Made by a program: the position numbers and the translations under genes | In this document: positions 56,615-64,000 of the stretch, piece by piece | How the letters are laid out: each line of letters opens with the position of its first letter | How positions within the stretch are numbered: position 1 is the first letter of the stretch | From: Minisyncoccota bacterium | GTDB taxonomy: Bacteria > Patescibacteriota > Minisyncoccia > Phycocordibacterales > UBA1550 | Length of the DNA: 64,000 nt | Reading direction: 5' to 3' | NCBI GenBank assembly: GCA_041660105.1 | Contig: JBAZWZ010000003.1 | Span: forward strand, 25,527 to 89,526 | Notes under the pieces: generated by a model | Database searches by the model: none | What the model was told of the DNA's origin: nothing | The model's input: only the letters and a program-made list of their open reading frames with translations

Positions 56615-57829
56615 ATGCCTAAATTTAAATACAAAGTACGGGAACTTTCAGGGAAGATTACCGATGGCGAGATGGAGGCTGTCAATCGTTTTGCTGTGGC
56701 TTCTGACTTGAGGAAGTCAGGAAAGTCCGTTGTCTCTGTCGAGGAGGTGTCAGGGGGAATCGTTATTGATATGGAAACCATCAATGCGTTTCTTTCAAAG
56801 GTGAAGATCCAAGAGCTCATTGTGTTTGCGCACAACCTCTCCTCAATGATGAAAGCAGGACTCGCTCTTTCGCGCGGGCTTTCTATTCAAGAACGACAAA
56901 CCAAAAATTTTGCACTCAAGAAAACATTGAAGTCGCTGATTGATGAAGTGAGTAAGGGTGCAACCCTCTCGGTAGGAATGGCGAAATTTCCAAAAGTTTT
57001 TTCGCCGATATTCATCGCGATGGTGCGCGCGGGAGAGGAGTCGGGGCAACTCTCCGACACCCTTCTCGTAGTGGGGGACCAGCTTGAGAAAAGCTATCTT
57101 TTGAAAAAGAAAATCAAAGGCGCGATGATATACCCATCTGTTGTTATCTCGGTGCTCCTCATCATCGCAGTGCTGATGTTTATCTTTGTGGTGCCGACAC
57201 TTACCGCAACGTTCAAAGATCTCAATACGGCACTGCCAACGAGTACAAAAGTGATTATCTGGATTTCTGACACGCTCGCAAATCATCTTATGTTGTTTGT
57301 TCTTGCGGTCGCTGTTGTTGTCGTTTCGTTTATTGTTGCTCTCCGTACGAAGCCTGGACATCGAGCGTTTGAGTTTGTATCGCTTCGTTTGCCTCTCATT
57401 GGAGATATGGTCCGTCAGTCAAACGCCGCTCTCGTATCGCGCACACTCTCGTCGCTCCTCTCATCAGGTGTCGATATGCTTGAGGCTATCAATATTACCA
57501 AGGATGTTGTACAAAATTCTTTTTTCAAAGAAACGCTTGCCCTTGCTGCTGAGCGTGTACAGAAAGGTATTCCACTCTCGTCTGTCTTTAAAGAAGGCGA
57601 CGTGTACCCAATCCTCGTGGGCGATATGATCGAGGTGGGTGAGGAGACGGGAAAACTTTCTGAGATGCTTCTCAACCTCGCGCTCTTTTACGAAAACGAA
57701 GTGAACGAGGCGACGAAGAACCTATCGACGATTATTGAGCCGCTTCTTATGGTGTTCATTGGAGCGTCGGTTGGGTTCTTTGCTATTTCAATGATTTCCC
57801 CAATGTACTCGGTGATGAGCAATGTGTAG
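56615..57829 (+). CDS. pilC: Type IV pilus platform protein PilC (GspF family)
   Basis: GEESGQL, AMIYP, GEETGKL, IIEP. Confidence 0.93.
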   Translation: MPKFKYKVRELSGKITDGEMEAVNRFAVASDLRKSGKSVVSVEEVSGGIVIDMETINAFLSKVKIQELIVFAHNLSSMMKAGLALSRGLSIQERQTKNFALKKTLKSLIDEVSKGATLSVGMAKFPKVFSPIFIAMVRAGEESGQLSDTLLVVGDQLEKSYLLKKKIKGAMIYPSVVISVLLIIAVLMFIFVVPTLTATFKDLNTALPTSTKVIIWISDTLANHLMLFVLAVAVVVVSFIVALRTKPGHRAFEFVSLRLPLIGDMVRQSNAALVSRTLSSLLSSGVDMLEAINITKDVVQNSFFKETLALAAERVQKGIPLSSVFKEGDVYPILVGDMIEVGEETGKLSEMLLNLALFYENEVNEATKNLSTIIEPLLMVFIGASVGFFAISMISPMYSVMSNV

Positions 57830-57887
57830 CCGCGCGAAGCGCGGCGACAACTGACCACTAACACCGCTGCGCGGACAACTGACAAGA

Positions 57888-58433
57888 ATGCAAAATACAC
57901 AACTGACAATTAACAAAGAACAACTGACAATTAACCAACAGATTTTCGCTACGCGAAAATCTGCCGTCAGTTGTCAGTTGTCAGTTGTCAGTTGTTCTCT
58001 GCGTCGGGGGTACACCCTCCTTGAGCTTCTCGTTGTCATCGCCATCCTCGGCCTCATAATGGCAATAACTATCCCTTCCTTTTCGGAGTTTCGACAAAAC
58101 AGCGCTTTGAACGCCGACACAATGAATGTCATAACGCTTATCAACAGAGCACGACTTCTCTCAGTGTCTGACAAAGGAGATAAACAATACGGCATTTATC
58201 TATCCTCTACTTCATCGATTTTGTTTGCGAGTTCAACCTTTGCAAGTTCCGCAACATCAACAAGAGAAACATATACATTGAGCAGTGGGATAACTATGTC
58301 AGGGACTGCTTCGGAAATTGTATTTGCAAAGGTTACCGGCGTTGCAAGCACGGCAGCAACCACAACCCTCCTCGGCACGACCTCAAGCACAACAATATTA
58401 ATATACCCAACGGGTATCGCTACTATTAAATAA
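57888..58433 (+). CDS. Type IV minor pilin (FimT/GspH-like) with a 41-aa repeat-encoded leader
   Basis: RRG|YTLLELLVVIAIL. Confidence 0.85.
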   Translation: MQNTQLTINKEQLTINQQIFATRKSAVSCQLSVVSCSLRRGYTLLELLVVIAILGLIMAITIPSFSEFRQNSALNADTMNVITLINRARLLSVSDKGDKQYGIYLSSTSSILFASSTFASSATSTRETYTLSSGITMSGTASEIVFAKVTGVASTAATTTLLGTTSSTTILIYPTGIATIK

Positions 58434-58485
58434 GGAGTAGAATATAATAAGAACAACTGACAACTGACAACTGACACAAAACAAA

Positions 58486-60108
58486 ATGCAACAAAAACAA
58501 CTGACAACTGACAAAGAACAAATTACACACAAGCAGCGGATTTTCGCTACGCGAAAATCCGCCGTCAGTGGTCAAATGTCAGTTGTCAGTTGTGCTCGCG
58601 CTACGCGCGGCTTTGGCCTCGTAGAAATAATTGTCGCCGCATCTATCCTTTCAGTCTCGATGCTCGCCATCTCCACTTTTTTCCAGTCGACGCTCAAGAT
58701 GAGTAGAACCATCGAAACGCAAAACCAATCGAACTACCTTCTCGAGGAAGGGGTTGAGGCTGTTAAGATTTTTCGTGATATGAGTTATGCTAATAACATT
58801 CTCAAGATAGCGACGTCTTCCCCGAGCTATTTTGTTTGGAACAGCACAGGTTCTACCTGGGCTACCTCGACCGTGAACGCTCTTATTGATGGCAAATATG
58901 AACGCAAAGTCACCTATGAGGATGTATTGCGCGACAACACAACGCACGATATTTCCACATCGACATCAGGGACCACTTACGATCCCAATGTGCGCCTCGC
59001 GACAGTATCGTTGTCATGGCTGTCAGGGACAACAACCGCAGGGCTCCTTTCTTCATTGGGAACTATTGCGATAGGGTCAGGAAGTAGTAACACTACTGAA
59101 TCAGGGATAGTTGTTTCTCCAGATGGCAAATACGCATACGCACTAAGAAGCAATGCTAACCTGGTATATATGTATAGTGTCAGTACAACCACAGGAGCTT
59201 TGATTGCGCTCGGGACTCCCACGGTTGCCACGGGAACAACACCAAAATCATTGATCGTATCACCTGACGGAAAGAATGTGTATGTTGCCAACTTCGGCTC
59301 CAACAATATTACTCGATATAGTCGCAATGTAAGTACGGGGGAGCTGTCATCTCTCGGGACTTCTTCCACGGGCTCATCGTCGGGGCCAACTTCAATTATC
59401 ATTTCACCAGACGGGTTGTCGGTGTATACATTGGACGATACCGCAAATAATATTTACAAATACACGCGCACGAGTTCTGGCGGACTAAGCTCGGGTGGTG
59501 CAGCAATTACGGTTACGATCACGTGTCCGTGTGGGTTCGCTATTTCTCCCGATGGCAACTCCGTATACTCAGTTGCTTCTGCGGGGACTGATGTATTTTC
59601 TCAATTTACACGTAGCACGAGCACGGGTGCCCTCTCGAGCAAAGTCGCCGTATCGCTGGCTACTAGCACGGCTCCATATTTTGGCGTCGCTGTTTCTCCT
59701 GACGCTTCTTTTGTGTATGCAACAAACAACGCAAACGACAGTGTTTCAATGTATAGCCGCGCCACGAGCACGGGGGCTCTCACGCTTCTCAGTCCTGCTA
59801 CTGTAGCCACAGGTGATCAGCCTCTGGGGATTGCCATCTCTCCCGATAATTTCTCTGCGTATGTGGTAAACGCTGGCAGTAACACGATTTCACAGTTCAG
59901 CCGTAATGTTACTACGGGGGTTCTTACTCCACTAAGTACTGCTACTATTGCGACAGACTCCATCCCAAACACAATAGCAAATACTCCTGATGGCCATTCA
60001 GTGTATGTGATAAATAGGTCGAGCGCCCTGATTTCAATGTATAGTCGTGACCCTGGGTTGACTGTTAAGACCATACAGACCTATATAACGAATATTTTTA
60101 CTAATTAA
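58486..60108 (+). CDS. PilV-like minor pilin with an inserted beta-propeller (lactonase/YVTN-like repeats)
   Basis: TRG|FGLVE; seven (S/T)PD(G/A/N)..(V/A)Y repeats; C-terminal TIQTYITNIF. Confidence 0.8.
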   Translation: MQQKQLTTDKEQITHKQRIFATRKSAVSGQMSVVSCARATRGFGLVEIIVAASILSVSMLAISTFFQSTLKMSRTIETQNQSNYLLEEGVEAVKIFRDMSYANNILKIATSSPSYFVWNSTGSTWATSTVNALIDGKYERKVTYEDVLRDNTTHDISTSTSGTTYDPNVRLATVSLSWLSGTTTAGLLSSLGTIAIGSGSSNTTESGIVVSPDGKYAYALRSNANLVYMYSVSTTTGALIALGTPTVATGTTPKSLIVSPDGKNVYVANFGSNNITRYSRNVSTGELSSLGTSSTGSSSGPTSIIISPDGLSVYTLDDTANNIYKYTRTSSGGLSSGGAAITVTITCPCGFAISPDGNSVYSVASAGTDVFSQFTRSTSTGALSSKVAVSLATSTAPYFGVAVSPDASFVYATNNANDSVSMYSRATSTGALTLLSPATVATGDQPLGIAISPDNFSAYVVNAGSNTISQFSRNVTTGVLTPLSTATIATDSIPNTIANTPDGHSVYVINRSSALISMYSRDPGLTVKTIQTYITNIFTN

Positions 60109-60126
60109 TATGAAAAAACAATTGAC

Positions 60127-60735
60127 ATGAAACAACTGACAACTGACAAAAAACAATCGACATGGGCCCAGCGGATTTTCGCTACGCGAAAATCCGCTGT
60201 CAGTCGTCAGTCGTCAGTTGTCAGTTGTGCGCGTACCCGCGCCTTCACCCTCGTTGAGATGATCATCTACGCAGCTATTTTTTCATTCATCTCCATCGTT
60301 GCGGTCAATGGAGTCATCGTGTCGATGAAGTCATTTTATAATATTCGTCTTTCTCAAAATATAAATCAGTCTGCGACGGTCGCAATGGACCGTATGGCGT
60401 ATGAGATTCGTAATGCATACAATATTGACAGCACAAACAGCACCCTCGGGACAAGCCCAGGCAGACTTACGTTGCTCACAGAAGACGCTAACGGGAATAG
60501 CACTACCGTTGAGTTTTATGTTATTGCAAATCAACTAAATATGAGGGTAGGCGGGGTAGATCAGGGACCGCTTCTTGTGAAGACATCCATATTGACCAAT
60601 CTTATTTTCCTGCCAATCACTACGCCAAATTCTAAGGCGGTAAAAATAGAAATGACTGCGCAAGATTCGCGCCAGGATGCTACAAAAACAGCAAAGTATT
60701 ATGATACAATAGTATTGAGGGGTTCGATCCACTAA
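60127..60735 (+). CDS. PilW-like minor pilin with a repeat-encoded leader
   Basis: TRA|FTLVEMIIY; MDRMAYEIRNA. Confidence 0.85.
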   Translation: MKQLTTDKKQSTWAQRIFATRKSAVSRQSSVVSCARTRAFTLVEMIIYAAIFSFISIVAVNGVIVSMKSFYNIRLSQNINQSATVAMDRMAYEIRNAYNIDSTNSTLGTSPGRLTLLTEDANGNSTTVEFYVIANQLNMRVGGVDQGPLLVKTSILTNLIFLPITTPNSKAVKIEMTAQDSRQDATKTAKYYDTIVLRGSIH

Positions 60736-60747
60736 TTTATTATATTT

Positions 60748-62124
60748 ATGCCCAAGAATAATCAATACACTGTCTCATACAAACGTGGCGCAGCGGTCAT
60801 AACGGTAGTTTTGTTCTTTGTAATTATTGCCACAACCGTTTTACTTGGGGTATCGTCTCCAGTTGTAAGCGAATATAAAACTGCGCGCGATCTCGGTAAT
60901 TCAAAGAGTGCGTACTATCTGAGCGAGGCCGGACTCGAGGATGTTATGTATCGAACAATGAAAGCAATAGGGATAACTTCCCCTGTCATCCTCACGCTTG
61001 GGGGCAATATTGCTACGACGACGGCGACAACAGTGAGTTCGAGCGAAGTGACAGTTTCATCAGTGGGGGATGTGAAGACCAACATCCGCAAGATTGGCGT
61101 GACACTTTCGACAGGAGTAGGAAATGAATTCTTTTACGCACTCCAAGCTGGAGGGGGCGGGATAAATATGGCAACAAGTTCAGTTATCAATGGCAACGTA
61201 TTTTCAGACGGGCATGTTTGCGGGGCAGGTATTGGAAATACTTATTGTGACACAGCAGATTCAAACGGAATAACTGAGCAGAGTACGATAACAGGCACGG
61301 TGGTTTCTCGTGGGACAACAGGCCTCAATGGAACTATAAATAGAATTATAAACACAATAGAAGGAGCTTCAATGCATGCGGGGAATATTACAAACGCGTT
61401 TATTATGGGAAGTCCATATTGCACTACAAATTATAATTCAAGTCCGCCTGGGTGCGAGACGCTTGTTGCTCAGCCACAAGCAGACGCGCCAATTTCAGAT
61501 GCCGATATCACTGCATGGAAAAACGCAGCAATTGCTGGGGGGAATGAAGAGTGCGACGGGGCTGCCTATACAATAGCTGAAGACGCAACGGATTTGGGCC
61601 CCAGAGTAATTCCTTGCAATCTGGTTATTGACGGAAGCAGTGGCACGGACACTGTTACTCTCAAGGGACCTGTTTGGGTAAAGGGAAATATAACCATAAG
61701 GAGAAGCCTTATTATTAAAGTTGATCCAGCGCGCACAGGGCAGAGTATGGTGATGATAGCGGACAAGGAGTCTGATCATACCAATAGTAGCAGGATAATA
61801 TTGGAAGGCAATTCCAATTCAAGAGTTTTTGATGGAGCAGGAGAGAATTCGTGGGTTATGCTACTTTCTCAAAATGATAGTGCTTATAACAGTGGCGCGG
61901 TCATAGCAATCGATGCCCAAGGGAACACAAGTGGAGATGTGATCCTTATGGCACTAAAAGGGCAAGTCCAACTTTTCGATGCTTCAGTAGCTAGTATCAC
62001 CGCGTACTGGATATCAATCCTCGCTGACGGAGTTGTAAATTATTCGATGGGCATGCAGAGTGCACTCTTTTATTCTGGACCCGCTGGCTCGTGGAATACA
62101 ATGGATTGGAGGTTGGGACAGTAA
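60748..62124 (+). CDS. PilX-like minor pilin with a beta-rich C-terminal domain
   Basis: KRG|AAVITVVLF (no Glu5); AYYLSEAGLED. Confidence 0.8.
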   Translation: MPKNNQYTVSYKRGAAVITVVLFFVIIATTVLLGVSSPVVSEYKTARDLGNSKSAYYLSEAGLEDVMYRTMKAIGITSPVILTLGGNIATTTATTVSSSEVTVSSVGDVKTNIRKIGVTLSTGVGNEFFYALQAGGGGINMATSSVINGNVFSDGHVCGAGIGNTYCDTADSNGITEQSTITGTVVSRGTTGLNGTINRIINTIEGASMHAGNITNAFIMGSPYCTTNYNSSPPGCETLVAQPQADAPISDADITAWKNAAIAGGNEECDGAAYTIAEDATDLGPRVIPCNLVIDGSSGTDTVTLKGPVWVKGNITIRRSLIIKVDPARTGQSMVMIADKESDHTNSSRIILEGNSNSRVFDGAGENSWVMLLSQNDSAYNSGAVIAIDAQGNTSGDVILMALKGQVQLFDASVASITAYWISILADGVVNYSMGMQSALFYSGPAGSWNTMDWRLGQ

Positions 62125-62126
62125 GA

Positions 62127-62201
62127 ACAACTGACATCTGACAACTGACAACTGACGCGGGAGAAAATACGGGCGGAACCTTCGGTTCCGCCCGTATTTT
62201 C
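62127..62201. terminator. CAACTGA heptamer run plus terminator hairpin
   Basis: GAAAATACGGGCGGAACC-TTC-GGTTCCGCCCGTATTTTC. Confidence 0.7.
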
Positions 62202-62231
62202 GCACCCTTATTCCTGTGATATAATAAACGT

Positions 62232-63011
62232 ATGAAAACCAAAAAACTTATCATTGGAAACTGGAAGATGTACCCTGCAAGCGCAAAGGATGCGAAGGCA
62301 AAATTTGTCGCAATTAAAAAAGTCGCAAGCACCCTCCGTAATGTGCAGACTGTCATTTGCCCTCCCTCGGTGTACATCAGTGATTTGAAGAGGCTCGTCT
62401 CGGGGCATCGATGTGTCGTCGGCGCGCAAAACTCTTGGTATGAAAATGAAGGAGCATTCACCGGGGAGGTTTCACCTGCGATGCTCTCGTCTATTGGTGC
62501 ACAGTATGTTATCGTCGGGCACTCAGAGCGCAGAGCTGTTGTTAATGGCTGTGGCGAGACCGATGAGATGGTCAACAAGAAAGTTCTCGCAGCTATCAAA
62601 GCGGGTCTCAATGTCGTCCTTTGTGTCGGCGAGCGTGAGCGTGATCAAGATGGTGACTATATGAAATTCATTTCTGCTCAGCTTAAGTCAGCACTTCAGG
62701 GAGTTCAGAAAAAGGATTTTAATAAACTTGTGATTGCCTACGAGCCGATTTGGGCAATAGGTAAACACGCATTACGTGCTGCGTCGACCGACGATGCACT
62801 CGAAGTGTCTATCCTTATCAAGAAAACATTTGCCGATATGTGTGGCAAGGATGGTGGTTGCATCCCTATTCTCTATGGTGGCTCCGTAGATGCAAAAAAT
62901 GCTTGGGAGTTTCTCCTCAAGTCCCAAGTCGACGGTCTCCTCGTCGGCCGCGCCAGCCTCGACCCCAAAGTATTTGCAGAAATTTTGAAAGCCGCGGATC
63001 AGATAAAGTAA
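62232..63011 (+). CDS. tpiA: Triosephosphate isomerase
   Basis: GNWKM, GHSERR, AYEPIWAIG, YGGSV. Confidence 0.97.
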   Translation: MKTKKLIIGNWKMYPASAKDAKAKFVAIKKVASTLRNVQTVICPPSVYISDLKRLVSGHRCVVGAQNSWYENEGAFTGEVSPAMLSSIGAQYVIVGHSERRAVVNGCGETDEMVNKKVLAAIKAGLNVVLCVGERERDQDGDYMKFISAQLKSALQGVQKKDFNKLVIAYEPIWAIGKHALRAASTDDALEVSILIKKTFADMCGKDGGCIPILYGGSVDAKNAWEFLLKSQVDGLLVGRASLDPKVFAEILKAADQIK

Positions 63012-63018
63012 TTCCACT

Positions 63019-64000
63019 ATGACAAAAATCCCAACCGTAAGAGATATTAAAAATTTAAAAGGGAAGCGCGTGGTGCTTCGACTCGACTTCAATGTGCCGA
63101 TCAAGAACGGCAAGATTGTGGAGACAATGCGTATCGACCGCGCGATGCCGACAATTCTATATTTGCAGAAAAAAAGGGCGCGGATTATTATCCTCTCGCA
63201 CATTGGCAAGGATGCAACCTCGACGCTCAAGCCTGTTGTTCAGTATTTGGGCAAGACGATGAAAGTTGGATTTGTTCCCGACTTCCGAAGTGAAGCTGCG
63301 CACGCGGTGGTGAGTGGCTTGCCTGAGGGCGGAATTGTCCTTTTTGAAAATCTCCGCATCGATGAGCGTGAAGAGGAGAACAGTCCTGAACTTGCGAAAC
63401 TCCTCGCTTCCTTTGGCGACGTCTACGTGAATGATGCGTTTGCGGTGTCACATCGTGCGCACGCGTCAGTTGTGGGTATTACAAAATATCTTCCGAGCTA
63501 TCTTGGGTTCTTGATTTCCGATGAGGTAAAGAATTTGTCACTTGCGCTCAACCCAAAGCATCCGTTTCTCTTTGTGCTCGGCGGAGCGAAGTTTGATACC
63601 AAGATGCCACTTATGAAAAAGTTTATGAAGATTGCGGACCACGTGTTTGTGGGTGGTATCCTTGCCAATGATTTCTTCAAAGATATGGGACTCGAAGTTG
63701 GGAAGTCATTTGTCGACAAGTACGATTTCAAGCTCACGCCACTTTTGAAAAAAGGGAAAATAATTTTACCAAGCGATGTAGTGGTTGCAGGAGAAGACGG
63801 TAAGAGAGCGGGTACAAGAAAATTTAATGAAGTCATGCCAACGGACAATATTGTTGATGTTGGACCTGAGACGATTAAAAATTTGAAGCCACTACTTAGA
63901 AAGATGAAGCTCGTGGTATGGAACGGACCTCTCGGCAAATATGATGATGGATACGACAAGGGGACAGCCGCACTTCTCAAAGCTATAGCAGAAAGTAATG
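63019..64000 (+). CDS. pgk: Phosphoglycerate kinase (truncated by the window edge)
   Basis: Read by eye from ATG 63019: RLDFNVP, ENLR, YVNDAFAVSHRAHAS, GGAKFDTK, WNGPLG. Confidence 0.95.
   Translation, partial: MTKIPTVRDIKNLKGKRVVLRLDFNVPIKNGKIVETMRIDRAMPTILYLQKKRARIIILSHIGKDATSTLKPVVQYLGKTMKVGFVPDFRSEAAHAVVSGLPEGGIVLFENLRIDEREEENSPELAKLLASFGDVYVNDAFAVSHRAHASVVGITKYLPSYLGFLISDEVKNLSLALNPKHPFLFVLGGAKFDTKMPLMKKFMKIADHVFVGGILANDFFKDMGLEVGKSFVDKYDFKLTPLLKKGKIILPSDVVVAGEDGKRAGTRKFNEVMPTDNIVDVGPETIKNLKPLLRKMKLVVWNGPLGKYDDGYDKGTAALLKAIAESN

Noticed and set aside
715-63980. Numerous antisense or overlapping ORFs (e.g. 6852-7532, 19670-20353, 27037-27831, 38293-38826, 61997-62611)
   Set aside because: Shadow frames of well-supported genes or of repeats, without motifs
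1-64000. Alternative genetic code (UGA recoded)
   Set aside because: Conserved genes are full length in the standard code, and xth ends properly at TGA

Overview
Chromosomal window from a small-genome bacterium, most likely Patescibacteria/CPR (Parcubacteria-like). This is inferred from gene content, an FKBP-less trigger factor, mostly SD-less starts and a standard genetic code. Left to right it holds: a chromosomal T4SS-like cluster (pilin-M15 peptidase fusion, VirB4, PrgI, VirB6-like); an AT-rich monodomain terpene-cyclase-like gene, surface proteins and a UbiA prenyltransferase; housekeeping genes (rsmA, pcrA, comM, rpsO, Xer recombinase, xth, cca, hup, rny, clpP, rsmE, tig, ppa, nusA, tpiA, pgk); four tRNAs; two type II TA pairs; a DnaA-box/parS cluster at about 33.5-38.6 kb (probable origin region, no dnaA in view); a wHTH-YjzC-DUF3800-ncRNA islet; and a type IV pilus operon. 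The most unusual signal is a set of short non-coding elements, each at a specific kind of site. (1) A 123-bp inverted-repeat element is inserted in frame at the exact centre of a parS palindrome inside yraN, with a second left end at another parS half-site. (2) Heptamer/hairpin elements encode the cleavable leaders of three pilins. (3) About 200-nt structured elements follow both tRNA-Gly genes and end in tRNA-matching sequence. (4) A MITE-like family has termini that coincide with the TATA of -10 boxes. No transposase, reverse transcriptase or CRISPR array was seen. All assignments come from motif reading by eye; no database searches were run.
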